DNA of 64,000 nt from an uncultured Verrucomicrobiae bacterium (GTDB lineage Bacteria; Chlamydiota; Chlamydiia; Chlamydiales; Rhabdochlamydiaceae): positions 1,216,001 to 1,280,000 of the forward strand of contig OY970364.1 of the NCBI GenBank assembly GCA_963718565.1, given 5' to 3'. The position numbers and the translations under genes were made by a program. The notes under the pieces are model-generated. The model had not been told where the DNA came from. It did not search any database and saw only the letters and a list, made by a program, of their open reading frames with translations. This document shows, in pieces, positions 10,376 through 20,601 of this stretch. Position 1 is the first letter of the stretch. Each line of letters opens with the position of its first letter.

Positions 10376-11492
10376 TTTGCTCTAGGATGGTGTTAATGAT
10401 CCAGCTGCACAAATCTTCTTTTTTCTGCTGACTCTTAAAAGTCTTGATCGCATTTTTCATCTTAAGTCTTTCCGGAGAATTCAAAGGAATAAGACGCAGA
10501 ATTGTTTCGGAAAGCAGGGGAGCAGAGACGATGTCTTCGGTAAAATGAACGGCCCCGCCGACTTTTTGTAAAAACTGTGCGTTTTTCAATTGATGCTGGT
10601 CAGCTGCAAACGGATAAGGAATGAGAACGGCTGGAACTTCGTAATAGAGAATTTCTGAAAGAGTCATTGCCCCACTGCGGCACAATGCGATATCAGCGGC
10701 ATTCCAAATCAGGTCCATCTGCGCTTCAAATTTTTTAACATAACAAGGGACTTTCCCCAAAGCTCCGCAAAGCACACGGACATCGCTGGCAACCTCCTCG
10801 CTTCCGGTAAGATGAATTAACTGAAAAAGCGTATCTTTCCTTAGGATTGGCAAAAGTTCGACAAGGTGTTTATTGATTTGCTTTGCCCCTTGAGAGCCTC
10901 CAAAAACGAGCAGGGTGGGAAGATTCGGATCAAGGCCCAAAAGATGACGGGCGTCTTCTCGAGGGACAAAACGTCGGGACTGAGGGTTTTTGATCGGAAT
11001 TTCCACTTCGATCGTCTCCCCTTTCAAATAATGCTTGGCCTCTTCGAAATAAACTGCCGTTACAACCGCCTGTTTAGAAAACAACTTAATGACTTTTCCA
11101 GGAATAGAATTGGACTCAAAAAGAAGAAATGGAATTTTTTTAATGGCAGCGGCACAAAGGACAGGAAAAGCATGAAAACTTCCAAAACCAATCACTAGGT
11201 CTGGTTTTCTCTCCGAGAGTAAGGATAAACTTTCAAAAATGCCTCGAAGGAGCAATCCCATTGATTTCAATGCTTTGAAAATATTTCTCCTGAACGGTGT
11301 CATGCTAGCGATATCGCAAAAAGAAAACTTCGATTTGTCAAAATGGACATTTTCAGACAGATTTGCGCCAGCAAAAAACACTTCAATGTGAAGTGGATTT
11401 TTCTGCATTTGTTCTGCCAACCCTTGCGCAGGAAAAAGGTGTCCGCCTGTCCCTCCAGCTGCGAAGATAATTTTATAAGTTCGACTGGACAT
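10356..11492 (-). CDS. murG: Lipid II GlcNAc transferase
   Basis: AGGTGGHLFPA, FGGSQGA, CRSGA, HQLKNA. Confidence 0.95.
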   Translation of the reverse strand: MSSRTYKIIFAAGGTGGHLFPAQGLAEQMQKNPLHIEVFFAGANLSENVHFDKSKFSFCDIASMTPFRRNIFKALKSMGLLLRGIFESLSLLSERKPDLVIGFGSFHAFPVLCAAAIKKIPFLLFESNSIPGKVIKLFSKQAVVTAVYFEEAKHYLKGETIEVEIPIKNPQSRRFVPREDARHLLGLDPNLPTLLVFGGSQGAKQINKHLVELLPILRKDTLFQLIHLTGSEEVASDVRVLCGALGKVPCYVKKFEAQMDLIWNAADIALCRSGAMTLSEILYYEVPAVLIPYPFAADQHQLKNAQFLQKVGGAVHFTEDIVSAPLLSETILRLIPLNSPERLKMKNAIKTFKSQQKKEDLCSWIINTILEQNENIKK

Positions 11493-12588
11493 TGTATTGC
11501 TCCGTATCGGAAAGCTTTGCAATGTTTAATATCACGCACAGCGCCATCATGTTTGCCAGTAACGATGAGCCTCCTTGGCTAAAAAAAGGAAGGTTTGTCC
11601 CTTTACTGGGTAAAAGTCCGGAAACAACGCCTAAATTTAAAAACGCTTGAAAGCAAATCAAAAAAGTAAAAATAGCAGCTGTATAAAACCCCTCTCTTTC
11701 TTTGGCTCTCTGGGCAATTGAGAATCCACAAAAACCGATTCCCATGTAGGAAAAGATCAATCCTGCCATGCCGATAAAACCGGTTTCTTCTGCGAAGATT
11801 GCAGCGATATAGTCGCTGCGCGCTTCGGGAAGATACTCCAGCTTTTGAAGGCTCTCTCCCAAACCTTTGCCCATCCATTGACCAGATCCTGTAGCAATTT
11901 TAGCTTGAAAGGGCTGATGCCCCTTTCCTTTGAGATCATATTCTGGATTCAAATAAACCTTGATTCGATCGGACACATGATGCATCTGAGAAGCGACAAT
12001 GACACCGCAAGTGCAAAGAATGCAAAGCGGCAGTGCCCAATAGATCCACTTGATGCGGAATAAAATGAATAGAATGACAAGTGCCGCAAAAATGATGGCA
12101 ACGCTGCCATTATCAGGTTCAATTAAAATTAAGCCAACAGGGATAGAAAGCTTGGCAAGTACCATTAAAAAAGCACGCAGATCAAGGAACTCATTCTGCA
12201 ATGAAACAACATGGATGAAATGCAAAGGGATTAAAAACTTCACAAATTCGGAAGGTTGAAAAGAATTGCCAAAGAGATTAACCCATCGGTGGGCGCCGTT
12301 GATTTGTTGTCCAACGCCGGGAAGAAAAACAAGGATCAGCAGCACCGTAGCAGCGATCAACAAGGGTCCACTCAATTTGATCAAATTTCGATAACCAACG
12401 AACCAGATTCCTATTGCAGCAATCCCACCGACAAGCGCATACAAAAACTGTTTAATTAAAGCATGGTGGGTGTTTCGATCTAAAAAACGATCGAGAACCT
12501 CTGCAGAGGTCGTATTAAAAATCATGATCAGTCCCAATGAAAACAAAAGGACGACAATGATCAATAGGCTGAGCGCGTGGCGATTCAT
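11473..12588 (-). CDS. ftsW: SEDS family peptidoglycan glycosyltransferase FtsW
   Basis: NGAHRW, FQPSEFVK, EPDNG, LPEARSDYI, LPFFSQGGSS; multiple TM segments. Confidence 0.92.
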   Translation of the reverse strand: MNRHALSLLIIVVLLFSLGLIMIFNTTSAEVLDRFLDRNTHHALIKQFLYALVGGIAAIGIWFVGYRNLIKLSGPLLIAATVLLILVFLPGVGQQINGAHRWVNLFGNSFQPSEFVKFLIPLHFIHVVSLQNEFLDLRAFLMVLAKLSIPVGLILIEPDNGSVAIIFAALVILFILFRIKWIYWALPLCILCTCGVIVASQMHHVSDRIKVYLNPEYDLKGKGHQPFQAKIATGSGQWMGKGLGESLQKLEYLPEARSDYIAAIFAEETGFIGMAGLIFSYMGIGFCGFSIAQRAKEREGFYTAAIFTFLICFQAFLNLGVVSGLLPSKGTNLPFFSQGGSSLLANMMALCVILNIAKLSDTEQYNVQSNL

Positions 12589-12590
12589 AA

Positions 12591-13403
12591 TTATTGAATG
12601 CGAAGCTGGTCACCGGGTTTTAGCCGACGAGCTTGTTCTTCTGTCATGTTGTTCAACTTAAGCAAATCTTCCACTCTGAGATGGTTTTTTACAGCAATGG
12701 TCCAAGGATTATCTCCTTTCTTCACTGTGTAATATTTGGCTCCTTCATTAGAAGGATTCGAGGCCGTAGAAGCCTGGGGTGAAAACACAATTGTGGAAGG
12801 TTCTACTTTTTTGGTCGATTTATTGGGAATTTTCAACACTTGGCCGATACGAAGATTACTGTTTGTCAATTTATTTGCCTTCATGATTTCAGCAACAGTT
12901 GTATGATGGTAACGAGCGATTTTTTCTAAGACATCCCCCTTTTTCACTTTAATCTCTGTAAATTCGAGGACTGGCTTATTTGAAAGAGGCACTGGCGCCA
13001 GCAAGGTTTGCGCAGCGGGGGATTGAAGAGGAGATGCACTGAGAGATTCTGGAATTGCGATTGCTTTAAGATCATCAACAAAATTAGGAACTACTGGAGT
13101 AGAAGCTTGTAGAGGATCTACCTGTGGTACCCGTTGTATAGAAGTAGGCGCGTGAGCCTGAGTTGCAGGCGCAACTGCCACCGAATTTTGTGCAAATTGA
13201 TTGAGAGCGAGATCGACTTCATCGCCTGCCATAGGCGTAGCTTCTTTTTTAAAAACGGGATCCAGAGTTTCCTGGACGGCAGGCCTTGGATTTGCGACAA
13301 ACTCTTCATGGGAAGAATTCGACTTAAGCGCGCTAGCAAACAGCACAATAAGCAGCCCTGCATTGATCAGGACTGCGACGATAATGGTATCTCTTCGACT
13401 CAT
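12591..13403 (-). CDS. Membrane-anchored protein with two LysM domains (chlamydial NlpD-like)
   Basis: MSRRDTIIVAVLINAGLL; LysM repeats VKKGDVLEKIA and YTVKKGDNPWTIA. Confidence 0.85.
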   Translation of the reverse strand: MSRRDTIIVAVLINAGLLIVLFASALKSNSSHEEFVANPRPAVQETLDPVFKKEATPMAGDEVDLALNQFAQNSVAVAPATQAHAPTSIQRVPQVDPLQASTPVVPNFVDDLKAIAIPESLSASPLQSPAAQTLLAPVPLSNKPVLEFTEIKVKKGDVLEKIARYHHTTVAEIMKANKLTNSNLRIGQVLKIPNKSTKKVEPSTIVFSPQASTASNPSNEGAKYYTVKKGDNPWTIAVKNHLRVEDLLKLNNMTEEQARRLKPGDQLRIQ

Positions 13404-13413
13404 GACCTTCTCC

Positions 13414-14739
13414 TTATTTTATAGCATATACATGGCGCTGAAATTCTTCTCCGCGATGTGCATAGTTACGGAACATGTCATAACTCGAACATCCTGGAGA
13501 AAGAAGAACGCAATCCCCTTCTTTTGCATCGTTTGCAGCAATATTTACTGCGTCCGCCAAAGAATCAGCGAGCTTAATGTTAAAAAAGAGATGCAACTCA
13601 CTATATATTTTCGGTGCAGCAGCGCCAATAGCAATGATTTGTTTCACTTTGCTCGTCAATTGTTCTTTCCATGGAAAGTAGGATGCACCCTTGTCTACTC
13701 CACCGACAATCAAAATGACAGGCCCTTTCATCGCTCTCACAGCCTGAATCACTGCATCGATATTTGTCCCTTTGCTATCGTCAAAAAAAGAAACACCTTT
13801 GATTTCGCGGACGAATTCGATACGATGCGGTGGCTTTTGAAATGTTTCCAGCGCGTTGCAAAACTGTTCATTCGAGATCAAAAAAGGCTGACAAAGGGCC
13901 CAAGCAGCCAACACATTCTCATTGTCATGTCTACCCATATCTCTATAGCGCATAGGCATGATGTATTCAATCTTTTCCCGGTATGTCACATGGGTTTGAT
14001 CTGTCCAAAGATCGCTTTCTTTTTCGCACCCATACGTCTGATAATTTTTGAGTTCCAGCAAATGCCCGAACTCATGCACCGTTTGTACTTGAACAAAAAA
14101 TTTAGCCCGTTCTTTTAACAAATATTGAAGTCGACATTTTACCTTAGCGTAATCCTGGACATCGGCATAGCGGTCGAAATGATCGGGAGTCACATTTAAA
14201 AGGACTGCTGCATCAAAGACTGGGGTTCGCATTGTTTCTAATTGAAAAGAACTGAGTTCGATGACGAAGGCCTCTTCACTGCCGGGACTCATTAAATAAT
14301 CACAGAGCGCCACTCCAACATTTCCGAGGGCTTTAGTTTTAATTCCGGCACAATTTAATACATGCTCAACGAGCAGCGTTACAGTCGTCTTGCCGTTAGT
14401 GCCTGTCACGGCAACCATCGGCTTTTTGAAATAGGGAAGAGCAAGTTCTGCTTCACCGATGATCTCAATCCCTTTTTCTTTAGCCTTTTGATAAATAAAA
14501 TGTTTGGGAGGAATGCCCGGAGACACAACAACGCGGTCGATGCAAGCCCAGTCAATCGGCTCGCTATCATGTTGACACACCATCCCTAGCGATTGCAAAT
14601 GTGTGAGCTCTTCATGCGTTTCGAGATAAGATGGGTTACTGTCAATCCCAAGAACAGCATCATTCCTTTTTAACAGCACTCTTGCTGCAGCGATTCCACT
14701 TACCCCTAATCCTAGTACAAGCGTTTTTTTAGTCATCAT
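13414..14739 (-). CDS. murD: UDP-N-acetylmuramoyl-L-alanine--D-glutamate ligase
   Basis: VVSPGIP, AVTGTNGKTT, ELSSFQL, DDSKGTN, LLSPGCSSYDMF. Confidence 0.96.
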   Translation of the reverse strand: MMTKKTLVLGLGVSGIAAARVLLKRNDAVLGIDSNPSYLETHEELTHLQSLGMVCQHDSEPIDWACIDRVVVSPGIPPKHFIYQKAKEKGIEIIGEAELALPYFKKPMVAVTGTNGKTTVTLLVEHVLNCAGIKTKALGNVGVALCDYLMSPGSEEAFVIELSSFQLETMRTPVFDAAVLLNVTPDHFDRYADVQDYAKVKCRLQYLLKERAKFFVQVQTVHEFGHLLELKNYQTYGCEKESDLWTDQTHVTYREKIEYIMPMRYRDMGRHDNENVLAAWALCQPFLISNEQFCNALETFQKPPHRIEFVREIKGVSFFDDSKGTNIDAVIQAVRAMKGPVILIVGGVDKGASYFPWKEQLTSKVKQIIAIGAAAPKIYSELHLFFNIKLADSLADAVNIAANDAKEGDCVLLSPGCSSYDMFRNYAHRGEEFQRHVYAIK

Positions 14740-16008
14740 TTATTGAAACTTAAGAGAAGCGATACCCAAAATTGCTAAAATCAAACTGATGATCCAAAAT
14801 CTCAAGACGACTTTCGTCTCCGGCCATCCTCTGTATTCGAAGTGATGGTGCAACGGCGTGCAAAGAAAAATTCTTTTTTTATTGCGCAGCTTATAGCTAC
14901 CGACTTGCAAGATCACCGAAATCGTTTCGGCAACAAAAATCCCTCCCACAATGGCAAACAGGATTTCTCGACGCAAAAGGACAGCACAAACGCCAACGAT
15001 TCCTCCAAGAGCCAATGAGCCAGTATCTCCCATGAAGACTTGGGCAGGATATCCATTGTACCATAAGAAGCCAAGGCATGCCCCGATCAATGCAAACAAA
15101 TAAACGGCGATCTCCCCACTTTCATCGATGTAAAGAATGTTTAAGTACCGCGCCATTTCGATATTGTTCGACAAGAATGCCACCAGACCTAATACGCCGG
15201 CGACCATGATCAGGCATCCTGCGGCAAGTCCATCAAGCCCATCGGTTAAATTGGCACCATTCGATGAACCTGAAATGACAAACAGGGCAGTCAATATCCC
15301 AAAGACAATTCCCGCTCCTTTTAATAAGATGACAGGGTCTTTGAAAAATGGCACGTAATAACGACTCATGTAGGCTTGAGTCGAAAGAGTCTTCCCCACC
15401 CATTCCACCTTGCCATCCTCTTTTTTAACAATAGAAATCTGTTCTTTCGCAATGGGCGGAATGAACCAGGTTTTGAAATTTAAAGCTTTTGAAATCCCTG
15501 GACAAAAAAGGTAAAGAGCGATGAGAAAAGCGAGCAAGTTTTGGAGCAAGAATTTCTTTTTTGCCCGCAAACCCTTCGAATTTTTATACTTGAGCTTGAG
15601 ATAATCATCATACCCTCCCAAAAGGCCCAGCCAAACTGTTGTGACAAGCAGGATCAACGTGAAACTGCTTTTCCAGTCCATCCATATAAAAAGCGAAAGC
15701 AGCATCGAGGAAAGGATTAAAATTCCTCCCATCGTTGGAGTATCCTTTTTTTTTGCATGAAGCTCCACGAGAAGAGGACAGTCTTCGACGCGGATCGACT
15801 GTCCGGTCTTGAGCTCGTACAACTTTCGGATAAAACGCGGACCGAAAACAATGGTAAAAAATAATGATGTCAGAGCAGCGAGCATCATTCGCGTCGAGGA
15901 GTAAGTAAAGGCAGAAGGGATTTTCATCCCCAGCGAGCTGGTTAAAAATTGATAAATCAGCAAAATCACAATTGTCAGTGGAGTAATGGATTGAAGACTA
16001 ACCATCAT
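14740..16008 (-). CDS. mraY: Phospho-N-acetylmuramoyl-pentapeptide transferase
   Basis: TPTMGG, DDYLK, NLTDGLDGLA, VFMGDTGS, PLHHHFE. Confidence 0.96.
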   Translation of the reverse strand: MMVSLQSITPLTIVILLIYQFLTSSLGMKIPSAFTYSSTRMMLAALTSLFFTIVFGPRFIRKLYELKTGQSIRVEDCPLLVELHAKKKDTPTMGGILILSSMLLSLFIWMDWKSSFTLILLVTTVWLGLLGGYDDYLKLKYKNSKGLRAKKKFLLQNLLAFLIALYLFCPGISKALNFKTWFIPPIAKEQISIVKKEDGKVEWVGKTLSTQAYMSRYYVPFFKDPVILLKGAGIVFGILTALFVISGSSNGANLTDGLDGLAAGCLIMVAGVLGLVAFLSNNIEMARYLNILYIDESGEIAVYLFALIGACLGFLWYNGYPAQVFMGDTGSLALGGIVGVCAVLLRREILFAIVGGIFVAETISVILQVGSYKLRNKKRIFLCTPLHHHFEYRGWPETKVVLRFWIISLILAILGIASLKFQ

Positions 16009-16066
16009 ATTACTGAGAATGCTGAAATCGCAAAAGCGAAAACTGGGCGCCGTATAACTTCACTCG

Positions 16067-16699
16067 CTAAGAAGCAAAGTTAAAATCCCTAATCCTAATC
16101 GTACTATCCCTTGAACCAGAAGCGAACTTGCCATTAGAGACTGTCATGCAAGTGATCAGGTCTTGATGCCCGCTTAGCGTCTGAACCTCTTTTCCGGTGC
16201 TGAGATCCCAGATCTTCATCGTATTATCCCATGAGCTAGAAATGAGCTTACCATCAGAGAGTGTCATGCAATTGATCCAGTCTTGATGCCCGCTTAGCGT
16301 CCTAAGCTCTTGCCCGGTCCTGAGGTTCCAGATCTTCATCGTATTATCCCATGAGCCAGAAATGAGATTGTCATTAAAGACTGTCACACAACTGATCAAG
16401 CCTTCATGCCCGCTTAGAGTCTTAAGCTCTTGCCCGGTGCTGAGGTTCCAGATCTTTATCGTTTTATCCACCGAGCCAGAAATGAGATTGCCACCAAAGA
16501 ATGTCATGCAGCTGATCGAGCCTCGATGCCCGCTTAGCGTCTTAAGCTCTTTTCCGGTGATGAGATCCCAGATCTTCATCGTTTTATCCTTTGAACCAGA
16601 AATGAGATTGCTATTAAGGACTGTCACACAACCGATCGAGTCTTGATGCCCGCTTAGCGTCTTAAGCTCTTGTCCAGTGCTGAGATCCCAGATCTTCAT
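16067..16699 (-). pseudogene. WD40-repeat protein, N-terminally truncated; about five 120-bp tandem repeats
   Basis: 40-aa repeats LSGH...ISGSxDxTMKIWDL; DNA period 120 bp (tgag..ccagatctt at 16201, 16321, 16441, 16561, 16681); ORF begins mid-repeat. Confidence 0.85.
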
Positions 16700-16748
16700 C
16701 TGTTGGAATTACCAACAGAGGAAATATTTGTTAAAGAATTCATATTGA

Positions 16749-18083
16749 TCACTCTAATATCTGCCAAAGCTTTTTCGAATTGGATCCTTTGAGTAGAACA
16801 ACGTCCCCCTCTTCTGCAAGTTCAAAGACTCTTCTCTTGATGGAATCGAATTCCAGAAAATGTTCAACTGGCCGATCTTCTTTTTTGAACAGATTGACCA
16901 TCGTGATGCATTCCTCCCCCAAACAGAGGAGATAGTCGATGTGCGAGAGCGCGATTTTTGCGACTTCATAATGGCTTTGCTCAGTATACGCCCCGAGTTC
17001 TTTCATGGCGCCAAGCACAGCGATTCTCTTTTTCCCAGCACGGGGCATGGGAAGGTTGGAGAGCGCCGCTTTCATCGATGTCAAGTTAGCATTATAGGAA
17101 TCATTAATGAAGACAATCCCGTCACGCTCTACTTTTTCAAATCGTCGCCTATAGACTGTGAGTTTTTGTATCTGAGGGATAATTTCAGACCATCGCATTC
17201 CCATGGCTCGTGCGACTGAAGCGGCTCCAATAAAGTTTTCGCAGAGATGGCTAGCTGTGAAAGGAAGGGAAAAGGCCAAGGTTCGGCCCTCTCTTTCTTT
17301 GGCATAAAAATTCTGGCCTTCATGGCAGAGGACAAAATCACTATCATTGACTTCTGCCTCCAATCCATACGTCATTTTCAAGCAAGAACTGCTCTGAGCT
17401 GCAGAAAACTGAGCAACCTGATGATTGAGGATGCCGAGACGAGTGTTAGGATGAGAAAGAATTTCCGCTTTAGCCGCTGCAATTCCTTCCAGCCCATCTG
17501 GGAAAAAAGCAGCATGGGCCAGTGCAACCTTAGTGATGATACAAACTTCCGGAGGAGCGATGTCGATTAACTTTTCTATTTCGTGCGGCAGGCTCATTCC
17601 CATTTCCATCACAAAGACTTCTTCATTTCCTTCTGAATTGAGAATGCTGAGAGGAACACCGACTTGTGAATTGGCATTTCCGGGTGTTTTTCCCACACGA
17701 AATTTACCCTCTAAAATCGTCGCGATAAACTCTTTTGTTGTTGTCTTACCGACAGAACCTGTCACTCCGACCACACGCACAGAGCGTCCTGCATGGACAG
17801 TTTTCGAAAGTGTTTGTAAGGATTCGATCACATTTTCGACAGCGATTAGCTTGAGGCCAAATCCTTCACCTTGATAATCTTTTGAAACAACGGCTCCGAT
17901 AGCCCCTTGTGCAGCGACTTCTTTCAAATAGTCATGGCCATCGACTTTTTCTCCTTTAAGGGCGAAAAAAAGATCTCCTGGTAATACTTCCCGGCTATTC
18001 TGTTTAAATCCGCGGACTTTTCCTGAAACTGAAACGTTGCTTTTCAGCCATTTAACAACCTGAGCAAAATCAAACTCCGCCAT
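16749..18083 (-). CDS. murF: UDP-N-acetylmuramoyl-tripeptide--D-Ala-D-Ala ligase
   Basis: LFFALKGEKVDGHDY, GVTGSVGKTTTKE, INDSYNAN, VLLKGS. Confidence 0.95.
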   Translation of the reverse strand: MAEFDFAQVVKWLKSNVSVSGKVRGFKQNSREVLPGDLFFALKGEKVDGHDYLKEVAAQGAIGAVVSKDYQGEGFGLKLIAVENVIESLQTLSKTVHAGRSVRVVGVTGSVGKTTTKEFIATILEGKFRVGKTPGNANSQVGVPLSILNSEGNEEVFVMEMGMSLPHEIEKLIDIAPPEVCIITKVALAHAAFFPDGLEGIAAAKAEILSHPNTRLGILNHQVAQFSAAQSSSCLKMTYGLEAEVNDSDFVLCHEGQNFYAKEREGRTLAFSLPFTASHLCENFIGAASVARAMGMRWSEIIPQIQKLTVYRRRFEKVERDGIVFINDSYNANLTSMKAALSNLPMPRAGKKRIAVLGAMKELGAYTEQSHYEVAKIALSHIDYLLCLGEECITMVNLFKKEDRPVEHFLEFDSIKRRVFELAEEGDVVLLKGSNSKKLWQILE

Positions 18084-18192
18084 CGTCCGTCCCCAGTTCA
18101 TACCGGATAGTGATTCAAAAGAATGCAGAAAAGTGAAAAGTTTTGCAAGTCCCTCTTTGAAAAAAGTCTCATGTTCACTAACATGGGTATCC

Positions 18193-19152
18193 ATGAAAGA
18201 AATTATCATTAAAACTCTCGTTCTTCTCAGTTTTGCTGAATTCTGTTACGCCAATCCCATTGGAAAAATTCCCATCGAACAAAAACGATACGTTTTCCCT
18301 AAACGCGTTCCCAAAACAGAGCAAGCTCCTCCAGACAAACTTGAAAACATTGAAGAATTGACTGCAGATGTTGAAGAGGAAATGTACAATGAGAAACCCC
18401 CTCATCAATCCCCTGCACAAAATCAAGAGGAAAACAAAGCACCTCCAAAACCAGTCAAGAAAAAAAGACCTTATAAGCCTTTTAAAATCGATGTCGCGCC
18501 CCAATATTCTTACGTCATTGTCCGCTCTCATGGAATGAGAAAAAATAAAGGGAATCTATGGGGAATATCGGGAGAGATGGAGTATAAAAAAAGCGACCAC
18601 ATCTATGGGGAAGCGAGTTTTCTTTGGAATGAAGGCGAGCTTAAGCCCCCCCACGGACATAAACATAACTGGAAAGAAGCCGTGGCACAAGCCGTGATTG
18701 GCTATACAACACCCATCTTCTACCGCACTATGATGACTCTTTGTGCGGGTTTTGGCTATCGTCGGGTGCTCGACCATAAGGGTTATGCTGGCTTTCATCC
18801 CCGAGTCGCTCTCAATTATTATCAATATTTTGTTCCTATCGGGCTGCTTGTTGATTTCAATGGTTGGGATCATTTCAGCTTCAGCTTGGATTTGAAAGCG
18901 ATGCCCACCGTGGATTCCCGTGTTCAAGTCAGCAATCACCCAGGGATTTTTTGGAAATTAAGCGACAAGATGAGCTATGAAGTCGATCTTCCCATTACCT
19001 GGAAGGCTGTCAGGGGAAAAGTCGCTGATTTCGATGTTGCTCTTGTTCCATTCTTCAAATATTGGCAATTGGGGGGAAGTTCTAGACTTGGCCTCCACTG
19101 CCGCACGCAAACCTATTGGGGCGCTGAAGTCTTATTGGGTCTATGTTTTTAA
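18193..19152 (+). CDS. Putative outer-membrane beta-barrel protein
   Basis: Signal peptide MKEIIIKTLVLLSFAEFCYA, Pro/Glu/Lys linker, amphipathic aromatic beta strands, terminal Phe. Confidence 0.6.
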   Translation: MKEIIIKTLVLLSFAEFCYANPIGKIPIEQKRYVFPKRVPKTEQAPPDKLENIEELTADVEEEMYNEKPPHQSPAQNQEENKAPPKPVKKKRPYKPFKIDVAPQYSYVIVRSHGMRKNKGNLWGISGEMEYKKSDHIYGEASFLWNEGELKPPHGHKHNWKEAVAQAVIGYTTPIFYRTMMTLCAGFGYRRVLDHKGYAGFHPRVALNYYQYFVPIGLLVDFNGWDHFSFSLDLKAMPTVDSRVQVSNHPGIFWKLSDKMSYEVDLPITWKAVRGKVADFDVALVPFFKYWQLGGSSRLGLHCRTQTYWGAEVLLGLCF

Positions 19153-19153
19153 A

Positions 19154-19429
19154 GAGGGAACTGCAAAACTCCTCGCCAGCAGAAAATCGATGATTTTGGC
19201 ACCTGTTGCCAGAACCCGCACAGCGGGTTCGGTTGGCGGCAGCGAAAGCATACTTGGATAAGTGGCTGCGAAGACACGAGAAGGTCCGGGGAACCTTCGT
19301 AAGTAGCAAAGCAGGTGAGCGAAGAGCGAACCGGGGCCGAAGGCAGCCGCCGCCAAGGCGACATAAGCTGATTAGCTAAATAATTTCCCCCAGAAAATCA
19401 CCCCGTTTTGTTAGTTTTGCAATTCCCTC
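19154..19429. mobile_element. Composite MITE, GAGGGAATTGCAAAAC family
   Basis: Left part matches 21445 and 34429 elements; right part matches 28375-28438; flanks TAAA/TACA. Confidence 0.85.
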
Positions 19430-19542
19430 TACAATTTAGGTAGTAAAATTTAAATTATGCAATTGACGCCTGGCACACATTCAAGCGCGTTTTTAATTGA
19501 CCACATATGTTCTTTTTAAGCATAATTTTTGCTTCAATCGAT

Positions 19543-19614
19543 GGTGGCATAGCCAAGTGGTAAGGCAGAAGCCTGCAAAGCTTCCATTCCCCAGTTCAAA
19601 TCTGGGTGCCACCT
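19543..19614 (+). tRNA. tRNA-Cys (GCA)
   Basis: Acceptor GGTGGCA/TGCCACC, anticodon arm GAAGC-CTGCAAA-GCTTC, T-loop TTCAAAT; CCA not encoded. Confidence 0.95.
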
Positions 19615-19632
19615 TTTAATTGAGTCATTCTT

Positions 19633-20448
19633 GTGCTCTATCTCGTTGCAACACCCATTGGCAATCTCGCTGATATTTCTTTTCGCGCTGTCGATACCTT
19701 GAAAAGATGCGACTATGTTTTATGCGAAGATACGCGCCATAGCCGCATTTTGCTCAACCATTATGGGATTCAGACTCCATTGAAATCGTTCCACCGCTTT
19801 AATGAGGCAAGCACGGAAGACGCGATTATCACTGATCTCAAAGAAGGCAAATCCATCGCCCTCATCTCCGATGCTGGGACACCATTAATTTCCGATCCTG
19901 GATATGAGATCGTTGCGCGATGCCGGCACGAAGGAATTGCAATCACAGCCATTCCTGGCCCTTGTGCGGCCATTGAAGCCTTGATCTTGTCCGGATTTCC
20001 TGCTGAACAGTTTCAATTCATTGGGTTTTTGCCTAAAAAAGAAAAAGAATTGCAAATGACTTTAGGCCGGACCTTATTTTATCCTGGAACAACAATTGCT
20101 TATGAGTCTCCGCATCGCATCGAAGAGACATTAAAACAAATTGCCCGCATCACCCCGGAAAGAAAGCTCTCTCTTGCAAGAGAATTGACGAAGATGCACG
20201 AGGAAGTTCTCAGCGGTACCTCCACTGAGCTGCTCGAACATTTTAAAAAAAATCCTCCGCGGGGTGAACTCGTTCTCCTCATCTCTCCTCCTGCAGAGAA
20301 CGTGTTTCTTGAACACCTTTCATTGCAAGAGCTGGTTGAAATGTTTCAAAAAAATCTGCAATTGAGTAAGACCGAAGCAATCAAACTTGCGGCACAAATG
20401 CGCCATCTTCCCAAACGGGAAGTTTATAAGCATTTCATGAATGACTAG
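19633..20448 (+). CDS. rsmI: 16S rRNA (C1402-2'-O) methyltransferase
   Basis: LYLVATPIGNLADIS, CEDTRHS, ISDAGTPLISDPG, YESPHRI, RELTKMHEE. Confidence 0.96.
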   Translation: MLYLVATPIGNLADISFRAVDTLKRCDYVLCEDTRHSRILLNHYGIQTPLKSFHRFNEASTEDAIITDLKEGKSIALISDAGTPLISDPGYEIVARCRHEGIAITAIPGPCAAIEALILSGFPAEQFQFIGFLPKKEKELQMTLGRTLFYPGTTIAYESPHRIEETLKQIARITPERKLSLARELTKMHEEVLSGTSTELLEHFKKNPPRGELVLLISPPAENVFLEHLSLQELVEMFQKNLQLSKTEAIKLAAQMRHLPKREVYKHFMND

Positions 20449-20506
20449 ATTATAAGAAATTACTAGTCAACCTAACCGCGCGCCGTATACCTCTTGTCGC
20501 TGAAAG

Positions 20507-20540
20507 TAAATCCCTTGTTTATCCAAAAACAAGGGATTTA
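20507..20540. terminator. Hairpin, possible terminator after rsmI
   Basis: taaatcccttgttt / aaacaagggattta inverted repeat. Confidence 0.4.
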
Positions 20541-20601
20541 TTCCGAGTTGCACAATAATTTTTCTTACTTTATGCTTCTTGAATCTTAGAAGGGAAGAAA
20601 T

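Noticed and set aside
13201..14118. 305-aa plus-strand ORF
   Set aside because: Antisense shadow of murD and the LysM gene; no recognisable motif.
16080..16700. Regularly spaced repeats as a CRISPR array
   Set aside because: The period is 120 bp, fully coding (WD40), with no unique spacers and no cas genes.
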